DNA from: Escherichia coli
Lineage (GTDB): Bacteria > Pseudomonadota > Gammaproteobacteria > Enterobacterales > Enterobacteriaceae
NCBI RefSeq assembly: GCF_046105845.1
Contig: NZ_CP151004.1
Direction: 5' to 3' (one strand)
DNA length: 64,000 nucleotides
Both the position numbers and the translations under genes were made by a program. The notes beneath the pieces were generated by a model. That model was not told where the DNA came from. It did no database searches and saw nothing but the letters and a program-made list of their open reading frames with translations. Shown one piece after another: positions 26,841-44,912 of this stretch (positions are counted from its first letter, which is position 1; each line of letters starts with the position of its first letter).

Positions 26841-27959
26841 ATGAAATACGATCTCATCATTATTGGCAGCGGTTCCGTAGGCGCTGCCGCCGGGTATTAT
26901 GCAACCCGTGCCGGTTTAAACGTGCTAATGACCGACGCCCATATGCCACCACATCAACACGGCAGCCACCACGGCGATACGCGATTAATTCGCCATGCTT
27001 ATGGTGAAGGCGAAAAGTATGTCCCGCTGGTTCTCCGCGCGCAAACGCTGTGGGATGAACTCTCCCGCCACAACGAAGAAGATCCCATTTTTGTACGCTC
27101 TGGCGTCATTAACCTTGGCCCGGCTGATTCCACATTTCTCGCCAACGTCGCCCACAGCGCCGAACAATGGCAACTCAACGTTGAAAAGCTCGATGCGCAA
27201 GGGATTATGGCCCGCTGGCCAGAAATACGCGTCCCGGACAACTACATCGGCTTATTTGAGACTGATTCCGGTTTTTTGCGCAGCGAACTGGCGATTAAAA
27301 CCTGGATCCAACTGGCGAAGGAAGCGGGCTGTGCGCAGCTGTTCAACTGCCCGGTCACCGCAATTCGTCATGACGATGATGGCGTAACTATTGAAACGGC
27401 TGACGGTGATTATCAGGCGAAAAAAGCGATTGTCTGCGCGGGAACATGGGTAAAAGACCTGCTCCCGGAGTTGCCTGTCCAGCCCGTACGCAAAGTATTT
27501 GCCTGGTATCAGGCCGATGGGCGCTATAGCGTGAAGAATAAATTCCCGGCGTTTACCGGTGAACTTCCCAATGGCGATCAATATTATGGTTTTCCGGCAG
27601 AAAACGACGCGTTGAAGATTGGCAAACATAACGGAGGCCAGGTTATCCATTCAGCGGATGAACGTGTTCCGTTTGCGGAAGTGGTCAGCGATGGTTCGGA
27701 AGCCTTCCCGTTCTTGCGCAATGTATTGCCGGGTATCGGTTGCTGCCTGTACGGCGCTGCCTGCACCTATGATAATTCGCCTGACGAAGATTTTATTATC
27801 GATACCCTACCCGGCCACGATAATACACTGCTCATTACCGGCCTGAGTGGGCACGGTTTTAAATTTGCGTCAGTTTTAGGGGAAATAGCTGCCGATTTTG
27901 CGCAAGACAAAAAAAGCGATTTTGATTTGACGCCATTCAGGCTTTCCCGCTTCCAATAA
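26841..27959 (+). CDS. solA: N-methyl-L-tryptophan oxidase
   Basis: 372-aa ORF with FAD-binding GSGSVG motif, matches SolA. Confidence 0.93.
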
Positions 27960-28006
27960 TCATCATTACGGCCTCCAGAATGAGGCCGTTTTTACAGGAG
28001 TATTTA

Positions 28007-28120
28007 ATGCGTCGGCTGTTGCACTATCTCATCAATAATATTCGCGAGCATCTGATGCTTTATCTTTTTCTCTGGGGATTGTTGGCAATTATGGATCTGA
28101 TCTATGTGTTTTATTTTTAG
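28007..28120 (+). CDS. yceO: Small protein YceO (37 codons here), tentative
   Basis: Short [40 protein letters not shown] with an AGGAG RBS, just after the solA terminator hairpin; too short for the ORF track; identity from memory of K-12 gene order. Confidence 0.4.
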
Positions 28121-28381
28121 TTTTTCCACACTGACATAAACTGACAAATATTTAATCTCCCTTTCATTTAGCGTGAAAAATTGAATGAGATTATTCCTGC
28201 TTCAACAGCACTCACCAGACATCTCTGATGCTGAACCCACTAAACTTATGAAGATTCTTTCATTATTAATTCAAAATTATTGAAATAAAAATAAATATCA
28301 TTCAATTTGTTATTTTTGTGTTGCAATTCATTCTCCGACACGCCATTTTCTTTCTCTCGCAAATTCGTTTTGGATGCACTT

Positions 28382-28948
28382 ATGTCATTCACAAATACCC
28401 CTGAACGCTATGGTGTTATATCTGCGGCCTTCCATTGGCTAAGCGCAATTATTGTCTACGGCATGTTTGCTTTAGGTCTGTGGATGGTCACGCTCAGTTA
28501 TTACGATGGCTGGTATCACAAAGCACCCGAACTGCATAAAAGCATCGGTATTTTGTTAATGATGGGGCTGGTTATTCGCGTTCTGTGGCGCGTCATATCT
28601 CCACCGCCGGGTCCGCTGCAAAGTTATTCGCCCATGACTCGTCTTGGCGCAAAGGCTGGACATCTCGCATTGTACTTATTGCTGTTTGCCATCGGCATCA
28701 GCGGCTATCTGATCTCAACTGCCGATGGTAAACCGATCAGCGTTTTTGGCTGGTTTGACGTCCCCGCGACCCTCGCCGACGCTGGCGCACAGGCTGACTT
28801 TGCCGGTGCCCTGCATTTTTGGCTCGCGTGGAGCGTCGTAGTACTGTCCGTTATGCACGGATTTATGGCCCTGAAGCATCATTTCATCGATAAAGACGAC
28901 ACTCTGAAGCGCATGCTGGGAAAGTCGTCATCTGACTATGGAGTATAA
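28382..28948 (+). CDS. yceJ: Cytochrome b561-family protein YceJ
   Basis: Track ORF 28307-28948; known start MSFTNTPERYGVISAAFHWLSA (188 aa), four TM helices with conserved His. Confidence 0.85.
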   Translation: MSFTNTPERYGVISAAFHWLSAIIVYGMFALGLWMVTLSYYDGWYHKAPELHKSIGILLMMGLVIRVLWRVISPPPGPLQSYSPMTRLGAKAGHLALYLLLFAIGISGYLISTADGKPISVFGWFDVPATLADAGAQADFAGALHFWLAWSVVVLSVMHGFMALKHHFIDKDDTLKRMLGKSSSDYGV

Positions 28949-28951
28949 AAA

Positions 28952-29527
28952 ATGAAAAAAAGCCTGCTTGGTTTAACCTTCGCTTCCCTGATGTTCTCTG
29001 CCGGTTCAGCGGTTGCCGCCGATTACAAAATTGACAAAGAAGGTCAGCACGCCTTTGTTAACTTCCGCATACAGCACCTTGGCTATAGCTGGTTATACGG
29101 CACCTTTAAAGATTTCGACGGTACTTTTACCTTTGATGAAAAAAATCCGGCTGCCGATAAAGTGAATGTGACAATTAACACCACCAGCGTCGATACTAAT
29201 CACGCCGAACGCGATAAACATCTTCGCAGTGCAGATTTCCTCAATACTGCAAAATATCCACAGGCAACATTCACCTCCACCAGCGTGAAGAAAGACGGTG
29301 ACGACCTGGATATTACCGGCGATCTGACGCTGAATGGCGTAACCAAACCCGTCACGCTGGAAGCGAAATTAATTGGTCAAGGCGACGACCCGTGGGGTGG
29401 TAAACGTGCAGGCTTCGAGGCCGAAGGCAAAATTAAGCTCAAGGACTTCAATATCAAAACAGATTTAGGTCCAGCTTCTCAGGAAGTGGATCTGATTATT
29501 TCAGTGGAAGGCGTACAGCAGAAGTAA
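28952..29527 (+). CDS. yceI: Periplasmic polyisoprenoid-binding protein YceI
   Basis: 191-aa ORF with signal peptide [22 protein letters not shown]. Confidence 0.92.
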   Translation: MKKSLLGLTFASLMFSAGSAVAADYKIDKEGQHAFVNFRIQHLGYSWLYGTFKDFDGTFTFDEKNPAADKVNVTINTTSVDTNHAERDKHLRSADFLNTAKYPQATFTSTSVKKDGDDLDITGDLTLNGVTKPVTLEAKLIGQGDDPWGGKRAGFEAEGKIKLKDFNIKTDLGPASQEVDLIISVEGVQQK

Positions 29528-29568
29528 GAGTGAAATGTTGCCGGATGGCACGCATCCGGCAATGATAT

Positions 29569-30621
29569 TTATTCTGTTGGATCAGGAATGCCCAGTGTTG
29601 TATTCAGACGTCCACGAGACTTATTAAAGATCTTATTGCCATTTTCACGTCCTGCCCGACGGCGTCGCTGTTCTTCTGGCGGTAACGCGCTTTCTTCGCA
29701 GCAAATCTCACTACAACAACCTTTGTATTTTTCCGCACATACTGGACACTGAATAAACAGCAGGTGGCAGCCATCATTTTTGCAGTTGGTATGGCTGTCG
29801 CACGACGCACCGCACTGGTGGCAATGCGCGATAATCTCATCAGAGATACGTTCGCCCATCCGCTCGTCAAAAACAAAATTTTTGCCAATAAAACGTACCG
29901 GTAAACCCTGCTCGCGCGCCTTGCGGGCGTATTCAATAATTCCACCCTCGATATGCCAGACTTTATTGAATCCGTTATGTTTCATCCAGGCACTGGCTTT
30001 TTCACAACGAATGCCACCGGTGCAGTACATGACGATTTTTTTATCTTTATGTGCCTGCATCATCTCAACTGCTTTTGGCAACTGCTCACGGAAGGTATCT
30101 GCCGGAATTTCCAGCGCGTTTTCAAAGTGCCCCACTTCATACTCATAGTGGTTACGCATGTCGATAAACAGTGCATCGGGATCGTCAAGCATGGCGTTCA
30201 CTTCCGCCGCTTGCAAATACTCACCCACATTACTGGCATCGAAGTGAGGATCATCAATACCGTCGGCAACAATGCGATCGCGTACCTTCATGCGCAGTAC
30301 CCAGAAGGATTTCCCGTCATCATCCAACGCGATATTCAGGCGTATGCCCTCTAAAGCCGGGTCGAAGGCATAGAGCTGCGCGCGAAATGTTTCAACATTG
30401 CTCGCAGGTACGCTGATTTGCGCGTTAATGCCCTCATGCGCCAGATACACTCGCCCAAAAACATTCAGCGCGGTAAACAGCTGATATAAAGCGTCACGGG
30501 TCGCCTTAGGATCGGCGATGTGGAAATACTTATAAAACGAAATGGTGGTTCGCGGTTCGCTCTCAGCCAACATTTTGGCTTTTAACGCGTCGTTGGAAAT
30601 GCGGTTGTGTAACACTGGCAT
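29569..30621 (-). CDS. trhO: tRNA uridine(34) hydroxylase (rhodanese-domain protein YceA)
   Basis: Track ORF 29569-30675; known start [20 protein letters not shown] (350 aa); C-terminal Cys-rich tail. Confidence 0.88.
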   Translation of the reverse strand: MPVLHNRISNDALKAKMLAESEPRTTISFYKYFHIADPKATRDALYQLFTALNVFGRVYLAHEGINAQISVPASNVETFRAQLYAFDPALEGIRLNIALDDDGKSFWVLRMKVRDRIVADGIDDPHFDASNVGEYLQAAEVNAMLDDPDALFIDMRNHYEYEVGHFENALEIPADTFREQLPKAVEMMQAHKDKKIVMYCTGGIRCEKASAWMKHNGFNKVWHIEGGIIEYARKAREQGLPVRFIGKNFVFDERMGERISDEIIAHCHQCGASCDSHTNCKNDGCHLLFIQCPVCAEKYKGCCSEICCEESALPPEEQRRRRAGRENGNKIFNKSRGRLNTTLGIPDPTE

Positions 30622-30845
30622 GGTGTACGGTTCCTGCGAGATGGGAAAGTAAAAATCCGCGGCATGATATAGCAATTATCGATAATTAACATCCACACAT
30701 TTTACGCTACATTTGCGCATTAAAAATTATTTGTTATTTACAAGCGCGGCAATTTCGCCCAGTCTTCAGTCACAAATTTTGGTTGCGGACGAAAAAATGC
30801 GACAATACATACAATTGCCCGTATAGGTTGAAAAACAGGATTGAT

Positions 30846-31766
30846 ATGACGAATCTACCCAAGTTCTCCACCGCACTACTTCATCCGCGTTATTGGTTAA
30901 CCTGGTTGGGTATTGGCGTACTTTGGTTAGTCGTGCAATTGCCCTACCCGGTTATCTACCGCCTCGGTTGTGGATTAGGAAAACTTGCGTTACGTTTTAT
31001 GAAACGACGCGCAAAAATTGTGCATCGCAACCTGGAACTGTGCTTCCCGGAAATGAGCGAACAAGAACGCCGTAAAATGGTGGTGAAGAATTTCGAATCC
31101 GTTGGCATGGGACTGATGGAAACTGGCATGGCGTGGTTCTGGCCGGACCGCAGAATCGCCCGATGGACGGAAGTGATCGGCATGGAACACATTCGTGACG
31201 TGCAGGCGCAAAAACGCGGCATCCTGTTAGTTGGCATCCATTTTCTGACCCTGGAGCTGGGTGCGCGGCAGTTTGGTATACAGGAGCCGGGCATTGGCGT
31301 TTACCGCCCGAACGATAATCCACTGATTGACTGGCTACAAACCTGGGGCCGTTTGCGCTCAAATAAATCGATGCTCGACCGCAAAGATTTAAAAGGCATG
31401 ATTAAAGCCCTGAAAAAAGGCGAAGTGGTCTGGTACGCACCGGATCATGATTACGGCCCGCGCTCAAGCGTTTTCGTCCCGTTGTTTGCCGTTGAGCAGG
31501 CTGCGACCACAACCGGAACCTGGATGCTGGCACGGATGTCCGGCGCATGTCTGGTGCCCTTCGTTCCACGCCGTAAGCCAGATGGCAAAGGGTATCAGTT
31601 GATTATGCTGCCGCCAGAGTGTTCTCCGCCGCTGGATGATGCCGAAACCACCGCCGCGTGGATGAACAAAGTGGTCGAAAAATGCATCATGATGGCACCA
31701 GAGCAGTATATGTGGTTACACCGTCGCTTTAAAACACGTCCGGAAGGCGTTCCTTCACGCTATTAA
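30846..31766 (+). CDS. lpxL: Lipid A biosynthesis lauroyltransferase (HtrB)
   Basis: Track ORF 30783-31766; known start [20 protein letters not shown] (306 aa). Confidence 0.9.
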   Translation: MTNLPKFSTALLHPRYWLTWLGIGVLWLVVQLPYPVIYRLGCGLGKLALRFMKRRAKIVHRNLELCFPEMSEQERRKMVVKNFESVGMGLMETGMAWFWPDRRIARWTEVIGMEHIRDVQAQKRGILLVGIHFLTLELGARQFGIQEPGIGVYRPNDNPLIDWLQTWGRLRSNKSMLDRKDLKGMIKALKKGEVVWYAPDHDYGPRSSVFVPLFAVEQAATTTGTWMLARMSGACLVPFVPRRKPDGKGYQLIMLPPECSPPLDDAETTAAWMNKVVEKCIMMAPEQYMWLHRRFKTRPEGVPSRY

Positions 31767-32311
31767 ATCTCCCAAGCCGGATGCTTCTGAACTGTACCCC
31801 AAATGTTGGACATAATCTGACATCTGAAGGTGCAGTTTATGAAACATTCATTTGAAGTAAAACTTGCCGCTGTAAATCATTACCTGGCTGGTCATGCAGG
31901 CATCATTTCTACGGCAAAACTCTTTCAACTTTCTCACACCAGCCTCTCACACTGGATTAATCTTTTTCTTCTTCACGGTCCTCGGGCACTGGATTGCAGA
32001 CACAAGCGTAGCTATTCTCCTGAAGATAAACTTTGCGTGGTTCTTTATGCTCTCGGGCATTCTGAGTCTCTACCCCGGGTAGCTGCCCGGTTTAACATTC
32101 CCAGCCACAACACGGTTAAAAACTGGATAAAAGGCTACCGCAAATCTGGTAATGAGGCCTTTATCAGGCGCAGGAAGGAGAAAAGCATGACCCGTTCTGA
32201 TGATACCCATGAAAACGAGGCAAACATGACGCCGGAAGAGATGAAGAATGAGCTGCGTTATCTTCGCGCAGAAAATGCATATCTGAAAGCCATGCAGGAG
32301 CATCTCCTGGA

Positions 32312-33221
<910 letters not shown>

Positions 33222-33372
33222 CAGAAGGGCATCCGGCATTACCACAGCAAATCCCCCTGATTTAGCGATAAAAGCTCTCTGGATTGCGCCCCCTGGAAGT
33301 CGGGCGCATAATTAGTGTGCTTATCTTTTCTTCTTATGTTCACCGCGCCTGGCGCACCAACAGCGGATTGCT

Positions 33373-34599
33373 ATGTCACCCTGTGAAAATGACACCCCTA
33401 TAAACTGGAAACGAAACCTGATCGTCGCCTGGCTAGGCTGTTTTCTTACGGGTGCCGCCTTCAGCCTGGTAATGCCCTTCTTACCCCTCTACGTTGAGCA
33501 GCTTGGCGTTACGGGCCACTCCGCCTTGAATATGTGGTCCGGTATTGTCTTCAGCATTACATTTTTATTTTCTGCCATCGCCTCACCGTTTTGGGGTGGA
33601 CTCGCCGACCGTAAAGGCCGAAAACTCATGCTATTACGCTCTGCCCTCGGCATGGGCATCGTGATGGTGTTGATGGGGCTGGCACAAAATATCTGGCAGT
33701 TTTTGATCCTGCGGGCGCTTCTTGGTTTACTTGGCGGATTTGTCCCCAACGCCAATGCTCTTATCGCCACACAAGTACCGCGTAATAAAAGCGGCTGGGC
33801 GCTGGGTACGCTCTCCACAGGCGGCGTTAGCGGTGCGTTGCTCGGCCCAATGGCTGGCGGTTGGCTTGCCGATAGCTACGGCTTACGTCCGGTATTCTTT
33901 ATTACCGCCAGTGTGCTGATACTCTGCTTTTTCGTCACCCTGTTTTGCATCAGAGAAAAATTCCAGCCGGTCAGCAAAAAAGAGATGCTGCACATGCGGG
34001 AAGTGGTGACATCACTTAAAAACCCGAAACTGGTACTCAGCCTGTTTGTCACTACGTTAATCATCCAGGTGGCGACGGGCTCAATTGCCCCCATTCTGAC
34101 GCTGTATGTCCGCGAACTGGCGGGTAACGTCAGTAACGTCGCCTTTATCAGTGGCATGATCGCCTCGGTGCCAGGCGTGGCGGCTCTGCTGAGTGCACCA
34201 CGACTCGGCAAACTTGGCGATCGAATCGGCCCCGAAAAGATCCTGATTACGGCGCTGATCTTTTCTGTACTGCTGTTGATCCCAATGTCATACGTTCAGA
34301 CGCCATTACAACTTGGGATTTTACGTTTTTTGCTCGGTGCCGCCGATGGTGCACTACTCCCCGCCGTACAGACACTGTTGGTTTACAACTCGAGCAACCA
34401 AATCGCCGGGCGTATCTTCAGCTATAACCAGTCGTTTCGTGATATTGGAAACGTTACCGGACCATTGATGGGAGCCGCGATTTCAGCGAACTACGGTTTC
34501 AGAGCGGTATTTCTCGTCACCGCTGGCGTAGTGTTATTCAACGCTGTCTATTCATGGAACAGTCTACGTCGTCGTCGAATACCCCAGGTATCGAACTGA
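33373..34599 (+). CDS. mdtG: MFS multidrug efflux transporter MdtG (YceE)
   Basis: 408-aa ORF matching MdtG. Confidence 0.92.
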   Translation: MSPCENDTPINWKRNLIVAWLGCFLTGAAFSLVMPFLPLYVEQLGVTGHSALNMWSGIVFSITFLFSAIASPFWGGLADRKGRKLMLLRSALGMGIVMVLMGLAQNIWQFLILRALLGLLGGFVPNANALIATQVPRNKSGWALGTLSTGGVSGALLGPMAGGWLADSYGLRPVFFITASVLILCFFVTLFCIREKFQPVSKKEMLHMREVVTSLKNPKLVLSLFVTTLIIQVATGSIAPILTLYVRELAGNVSNVAFISGMIASVPGVAALLSAPRLGKLGDRIGPEKILITALIFSVLLLIPMSYVQTPLQLGILRFLLGAADGALLPAVQTLLVYNSSNQIAGRIFSYNQSFRDIGNVTGPLMGAAISANYGFRAVFLVTAGVVLFNAVYSWNSLRRRRIPQVSN

Positions 34600-34681
34600 T
34601 TTTTCGCCTTTCATACTTGCAAAAGCGGAGAATCAGCTATCCTTTTCCCTGAAACCTCATCAACTCAAAGGGAGAATCGTG

Positions 34682-35056
34682 ATGACCATGTACGCAACGC
34701 TTGAAGAAGCCATTGACGCTGCACGCGAAGAATTTCTTGCAGACAACCCCGGCATCGACGCCGAAGACGCGAATGTGCAACAGTTCAATGCCCAAAAATA
34801 CGTTTTGCAGGACGGCGACATCATGTGGCAAGTTGAGTTTTTTGCCGACGAAGGGGAAGAAGGTGAATGTTTACCTATGCTTAGCGGTGAAGCCGCGCAA
34901 AGTGTCTTTGATGGCGACTATGATGAGATAGAGATCCGCCAGGAGTGGCAGGAAGAGAATACATTACATGAATGGGACGAGGGGGAATTTCAGCTTGAGC
35001 CACCGCTGGATACCGAGGAAGGACGCGCAGCAGCTGATGAGTGGGATGAACGTTAA
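34682..35056 (+). CDS. msyB: Acidic protein MsyB
   Basis: MTMYATLEEAIDAAREEFLADNPGIDAEDANVQQF..., 124 aa, highly acidic; GGAG RBS. Confidence 0.85.
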   Translation: MTMYATLEEAIDAAREEFLADNPGIDAEDANVQQFNAQKYVLQDGDIMWQVEFFADEGEEGECLPMLSGEAAQSVFDGDYDEIEIRQEWQEENTLHEWDEGEFQLEPPLDTEEGRAAADEWDER

Positions 35057-35284
35057 TTACTCATACGGGCCATGATGAATGTCGATCGGCAGCAGTAAAG
35101 TATCAAAAACCAGGGAGAATGGCAGATCAAGGATTGTGACATAACGCCAGGCGGAGTCACGCACATCCCATTGCACACCGGGATAATATTGGTTGCCATG
35201 CCCCTGCCCCGGTATAGTGCGACTAATAATGCTGCCACAGCCACTCAGCAAGGTCACCATGATGCTCACCACAATTAAACGCAT
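35057..35284 (-). CDS. yceK: Lipoprotein YceK
   Basis: 75-aa ORF with lipobox (MRLIVVSIMVTLLSGCGS). Confidence 0.85.
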   Translation of the reverse strand: MRLIVVSIMVTLLSGCGSIISRTIPGQGHGNQYYPGVQWDVRDSAWRYVTILDLPFSLVFDTLLLPIDIHHGPYE

Positions 35285-35300
35285 TTGATACCCCTTCCGT

Positions 35301-35448
35301 AAAAAAATACCGGCATAACGCCGGTATTTTTATTGGCTCGTTGTTTTTGCCGAATGCGGCGTGAACGCCTTATCCGACCTACAAAATCTTGCAAAATCAA
35401 AACATTGCAGGAGCGATGTAGGCCTGATAAGCGTAGCGCATCAGGCAA
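35301..35448. repeat. Bidirectional terminator hairpin plus REP elements between yceK and opgH
   Basis: A-run, ACCGGCATAACGCCGGT hairpin, T-run (35301-35334), followed by REP palindromes GCCGAATGCGGCGTGAACGCCTTATCCGACCTAC and GTAGGCCTGATAAGCGTAGCGCATCAGGC. Confidence 0.55.
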
Positions 35449-35456
35449 CTACGTTT

Positions 35457-39639
<4,183 letters not shown>

Positions 39640-39921
39640 TCAGCACGCTGGCTCATGGATTAAGCACCTGATTGCAACCGTTTTCACTTTCCGTGCTTCT
39701 CCTAAAGACAGAAGCATCGACTTCGTGTAGGGTTTGCCAGCAAATTTATTTATCAACCGTCTTACAGACGCTTCCATTCTGGTTAGTGGTAGCGATGATG
39801 CTATGCATAAAAACCTTGAAGCCTGCGCCTGGCGCGGTCAGGTCGGTGTCGCTATGGCAACAAGCCTAAAGGCATAACCCGACAGGGATAAGACGAAAAA
39901 TCCGAGATTAGTTAACCATAT

Positions 39922-41079
39922 ATGAACCCAGTACCCGCGCAACGTGAATATTTCCTCGACTCCATCCGCGCCTGGCTGATGTTGTTAGGGATCCCTTTTC
40001 ATATTTCTTTAATCTATTCGAGCCATACATGGCATGTGAATAGCGCCGAACCGTCATTATGGCTGACCCTTTTTAATGACTTCATCCACTCGTTCCGCAT
40101 GCAGGTATTTTTCGTTATATCCGGGTACTTTTCCTACATGCTTTTTTTACGCTATCCCTTGAAAAAATGGTGGAAAGTACGTGTCGAACGTGTAGGGATC
40201 CCGATGTTAACAGCCATCCCCCTACTGACATTGCCGCAATTTATTATGCTGCAATACGTCAAAGGGAAAGCTGAAAGTTGGCCTGGACTGTCATTGTATG
40301 ACAAATATAATACGTTGGCCTGGGAATTAATATCGCACCTGTGGTTTTTATTGGTGTTAGTGGTCATGACGACGCTGTGCGTCTGGATATTCAAGCGCAT
40401 CAGAAATAATTTAGAAAATTCTGATAAAACGAATAAAAAATTCTCGATGGTAAAACTATCGGTGATTTTTTTGTGCCTCGGCATCGGCTATGCGGTAATA
40501 AGAAGAACGATTTTTATTGTGTATCCGCCCATTCTGAGTAACGGCATGTTCAATTTTATTGTCATGCAAACGCTATTTTATTTGCCGTTCTTTATCCTCG
40601 GCGCACTGGCTTTCATTTTCCCTCATCTTAAAACCTTGTTTACCACGCCGTCTCGTGGCTGTACCCTTGCAGCAGCATTGGCATTTGTCGCTTACTTACT
40701 CAACCAGCGCTATGGCAGTGGCGATGCCTGGATGTACGAAACCGAGTCGGTGATCACCATGGTCCTCGGTCTGTGGATGGTGAATGTGGTCTTCTCCTTT
40801 GGCCACCGTTTGCTTAACTTCCAGTCAGCGCGGGTGACTTATTTTGTTAACGCATCGCTGTTTATCTATCTGGTTCACCACCCGTTAACGCTGTTTTTCG
40901 GCGCATACATTACACCGCACATCACCTCCAACTGGCTTGGTTTTCTCTGTGGCCTGATATTCGTAGTAGGGATTGCGATAATTCTGTATGAAATTCATTT
41001 ACGCATCCCGTTACTGAAGTTTTTGTTCTCTGGTAAACCGGTTGTTAAGCGTGAGAACGATAAAGCACCAGCCCGATAA
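39922..41079 (+). CDS. opgC: OPG succinyltransferase (MdoC)
   Basis: 385-aa polytopic membrane acyltransferase ORF matching OpgC. Confidence 0.9.
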   Translation: MNPVPAQREYFLDSIRAWLMLLGIPFHISLIYSSHTWHVNSAEPSLWLTLFNDFIHSFRMQVFFVISGYFSYMLFLRYPLKKWWKVRVERVGIPMLTAIPLLTLPQFIMLQYVKGKAESWPGLSLYDKYNTLAWELISHLWFLLVLVVMTTLCVWIFKRIRNNLENSDKTNKKFSMVKLSVIFLCLGIGYAVIRRTIFIVYPPILSNGMFNFIVMQTLFYLPFFILGALAFIFPHLKTLFTTPSRGCTLAAALAFVAYLLNQRYGSGDAWMYETESVITMVLGLWMVNVVFSFGHRLLNFQSARVTYFVNASLFIYLVHHPLTLFFGAYITPHITSNWLGFLCGLIFVVGIAIILYEIHLRIPLLKFLFSGKPVVKRENDKAPAR

Positions 41080-41086
41080 GCCGCGT

Positions 41087-42517
41087 TTACAATAACCATT
41101 CCACAGGCAATATCGACGCCAGTCTGACCATAACCCGCTTCCAGAAACTGGTGGCGGGTTCTTTTTTGAGAATAATCTCTTTCTTTGCATGACGATCAAC
41201 CCAGTTGATCCGTCCCCACCTGTCCAGACGGAGCTGCCAGGCCGCATCATACTGGCTCTGAATAAAGCGTTTATCAATTAACTGTGCCAGCGTTTCGCTC
41301 TCTATCACGAAGCCCATTTCAGTATTGAGCAATGTCGAACGCGGATCGAAATTGAAAGAGCCGATAAACACCGTTTTACCATCGATGCTAAAGGTTTTAG
41401 CATGCAGGCTGGCACCGGAATTACCGGTTATGCCGCGATCGTGTAACGTACTACTTTGTTCACGCGTCGGCTTGAGTTCATATAATTCCACGCCGTAGCG
41501 GAGCAATTTTTTGCGCCAGCGCGCGTATCCGGCATGGACGACAGCAACATCGTTAGCGGCAAGAGAATTGGTTAGGATCGCAATCTTTACTCCTTTTCTC
41601 ACCATCCGTAAGAGTTGCGCCACACCTGCGCGTGTCGGTACAAAATAGGAAGAGATAATATCGATGCGTTCACTGGGTGAGCCCATGATATCGAACAGGC
41701 GCTGCGGTAACAGTGAATGCCGTTTTGCCTTGCCCTCCCCTTTCGCCGGATCATCACTTAATAAACGTGTCTTCGCCCAGATAAGCGGCAACGTTCCATC
41801 AACCAGATGATTTATAAACGGGCTGGATTCCATTTTGCGTAAATAACGATGCGTAATGGCATCGTTATGCCAGGAGGCGGGTAACTCGATGCGATCCGCC
41901 ATTTCACCTTCCGGGACATCCAGCACCTGCTGTAAGGGTGAAACCGATTTGCAATACCAGTAGCGGGCGAAATCATCGGCAACGTCCTCTACAACTGGTC
42001 CTATTGCCATGACATCTAAATCCGAAAAAAGTGGCTCTTCCCCTGCACCAAAATAGGCATCACCAATATTTCGCCCCCCTACCAGCGTCACCACGCCATC
42101 GACAGTGAAACTTTTATTGTGCATACGGCGATTGAGACGGGAAAAGTCGGTGATATAACCAAGCGGACGTAGCAAGCGAAACGAGAAAGGATTAAAAAGC
42201 CGGACTTCAATGCGGGGATGACTGTCAAGCAAGCGTAAAATGTCGTCAAGCCCGGGTGTATTGTTGTCGTCCAGCAACAAACGGACGCGAACGCCACGCT
42301 TTGCTGCGGCTAACAGGGCGGAAAACAGTAACCGACCCGACATATCGTCCTGCCAGATGTAATACTGAACATCCAGCGTATGCTCTGCCATTTCGGCCAG
42401 ACGATACCGGGCGGCAAACGCATCCAGACTTTTCTCCAGAGGAAAAAGGCCACACTGACCGGGATGTTGCGAACACAGTGGCAGCACCGCGCTCGCCAGC
42501 CGGGGCAAATCATTCAT
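41087..42517 (-). CDS. clsC: Cardiolipin synthase C (YmdC), phospholipase D family
   Basis: Track ORF 41087-42577; probable start [17 protein letters not shown] at 42517; two HxK(x)4D PLD motifs ([12 protein letters not shown] and [12 protein letters not shown]). Confidence 0.85.
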   Translation of the reverse strand: MNDLPRLASAVLPLCSQHPGQCGLFPLEKSLDAFAARYRLAEMAEHTLDVQYYIWQDDMSGRLLFSALLAAAKRGVRVRLLLDDNNTPGLDDILRLLDSHPRIEVRLFNPFSFRLLRPLGYITDFSRLNRRMHNKSFTVDGVVTLVGGRNIGDAYFGAGEEPLFSDLDVMAIGPVVEDVADDFARYWYCKSVSPLQQVLDVPEGEMADRIELPASWHNDAITHRYLRKMESSPFINHLVDGTLPLIWAKTRLLSDDPAKGEGKAKRHSLLPQRLFDIMGSPSERIDIISSYFVPTRAGVAQLLRMVRKGVKIAILTNSLAANDVAVVHAGYARWRKKLLRYGVELYELKPTREQSSTLHDRGITGNSGASLHAKTFSIDGKTVFIGSFNFDPRSTLLNTEMGFVIESETLAQLIDKRFIQSQYDAAWQLRLDRWGRINWVDRHAKKEIILKKEPATSFWKRVMVRLASILPVEWLL

Positions 42518-43043
42518 CTCCTTGTTGAGTAAGGAGTCTTTCGTAGAGGTGGGCGTTTTCTTCATCATAACAGACAAAGTATACCTGTTCGGGTAAAGCG
42601 TGACGGGTAATAAATTCTGAAACGGTTTTTACTGCGATTTCAGCCGCTACCGCACGAGGGTAACCATAAACCCCAGTACTAATTGCAGGAAAAGCCACTG
42701 ACGTATAGCTGTTTGCCGCCACCAGTCGTAGGCTATTGAGATAGGCATCCTGCAAAAGCTGGTCTTCGTTTTGTTCACCACCACGCCAGACTGGCCCGAC
42801 GGTGTGCACTACGGCTTTAGCGGGAAGATCGCCTGCAAGCGTAATAACGGCATGCCCCGTAGGGCAATCGCCCTGCTGTTGCCTGACTTTTAAACAGGCA
42901 TCCAGCAGCGCCGGACCCGCTGCGCGATGAATGGCCCCATCGACGCCGCCGCCTCCCATTAATGACGGATTAGCCGCATTCACAATCACATCAACGGCCA
43001 GTTTGGTAATATCACCCTGCACAACATGAATACGCGTTTTCAT
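42510..43043 (-). CDS. ymdB: Macrodomain O-acetyl-ADP-ribose deacetylase YmdB
   Basis: 177-aa ORF matching YmdB (macro domain). Confidence 0.9.
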   Translation of the reverse strand: MKTRIHVVQGDITKLAVDVIVNAANPSLMGGGGVDGAIHRAAGPALLDACLKVRQQQGDCPTGHAVITLAGDLPAKAVVHTVGPVWRGGEQNEDQLLQDAYLNSLRLVAANSYTSVAFPAISTGVYGYPRAVAAEIAVKTVSEFITRHALPEQVYFVCYDEENAHLYERLLTQQGDE

Positions 43044-43137
43044 AACGCCTCCTTACACCTTCTTGTTTCTTAAGTGTACAGCAGGCTTTTTGGTTAAATC
43101 GCATTTTTCTGCTCAGCAAGGTGAGTTGTTCAGAAAC

Positions 43138-43517
<380 letters not shown>

Positions 43518-43547
43518 CCGCAGCAGACCATTCTCTCCAGATTCATT

Positions 43548-43902
<355 letters not shown>

Positions 43903-43913
43903 ATTCTTCTCCC

Positions 43914-43940
43914 GAAAAAAAACAGGGCTTGCGCCCTGTT
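43914..43940 (-). terminator. Rho-independent terminator after csgA
   Basis: Minus-strand hairpin AACAGGGCGCAAGCCCTGTT followed by TTTTTTT, between csgA and csgC. Confidence 0.55.
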
Positions 43941-43960
43941 TCTTTAATACAGAGGATGTA

Positions 43961-44416
43961 TTAGTACTGATGAGCGGTCGCGTTGTTACCAAAGCCAACC
44001 TGAGTGACGTTAACGCTGGAGTTAGATGCAGTCTGGTCAACAGCAGCACCGTTACCGCCACCGAACTGTTTAACAGTCATAGTAGAATCTTTACCATTCC
44101 ACTGATCAAGAGTAGCGCTGTTACCGAAGCCACGCTGAGTCAGATCGATTGAGCTGTCATCAGAACCTTGGCCAACATCTGCGCCGTTACCGCCGCCGTG
44201 CTGGGTAATGGTCAGATCAGAGTTACGGGCGTCAGCTTGCAGAGCAAGAGCAGAGTTACCGCCACCGTACTGGTAAATGTTCAGCTCTGAATTTGGGCCG
44301 CTATTATTACCGCCACCACCGTGGTTACCGCCGCCGCCGTACTGAGGAACAACACCTGCCAGAGCGCTACCAGAGAATACGATTGCTGCAATTGCTGCTA
44401 CTTTTAAAAGTTTCAT
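43961..44416 (-). CDS. csgA: Major curlin subunit CsgA
   Basis: 151-aa ORF with five Q/N-rich curlin repeats (SxxxQxGxGNxAxxxQ). Confidence 0.95.
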   Translation of the reverse strand: MKLLKVAAIAAIVFSGSALAGVVPQYGGGGNHGGGGNNSGPNSELNIYQYGGGNSALALQADARNSDLTITQHGGGNGADVGQGSDDSSIDLTQRGFGNSATLDQWNGKDSTMTVKQFGGGNGAAVDQTASNSSVNVTQVGFGNNATAHQY

Positions 44417-44456
44417 GTAAAACCCCCATCGGATTGATTTAAAAGTCGAATAGTAA

Positions 44457-44912
44457 TTAACGTTGTGTCACGCGAATTGCCATTTGCGACTGTCTCTGCA
44501 CTACAATTGCCGTTTTTTGAGTACCATACTGTGTAATATTTGCTTTATTACCAGAACCTTTCTGGATAATCATCGCAGTATTACCATAAGCACCTTGCGA
44601 AATACTGGCATCGTTGGCACTGCCCGCCTGATCAATATATGCAAGGTTATAATCTCCTGTCTGGTCAATCTTTGCCCGATTGCTACTACCTTCTTGCGCA
44701 ACAACCGCCAAAAGTTTTGAGCCTCCCTGCCGTACCTGAGCACTATTATTAGTCCCAGCTTGACCAATTATGGCTGCCTGATTAAATGAAGACTTACTCA
44801 ATTCATTTACCGCGAAGTTATATTCTGAATTAGCTAAATCATAACCTGCTGCGGCTGCAATCCCAGGCGCACCCAGTATTGTTAACATCATAAATAACAA
44901 TTTGTTTTTCAT
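44457..44912 (-). CDS. csgB: Minor curlin / nucleator CsgB
   Basis: Track ORF 44457-44939; known start MKNKLLFMMLTILGAPGIAAA (151 aa). Confidence 0.92.
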   Translation of the reverse strand: MKNKLLFMMLTILGAPGIAAAAGYDLANSEYNFAVNELSKSSFNQAAIIGQAGTNNSAQVRQGGSKLLAVVAQEGSSNRAKIDQTGDYNLAYIDQAGSANDASISQGAYGNTAMIIQKGSGNKANITQYGTQKTAIVVQRQSQMAIRVTQR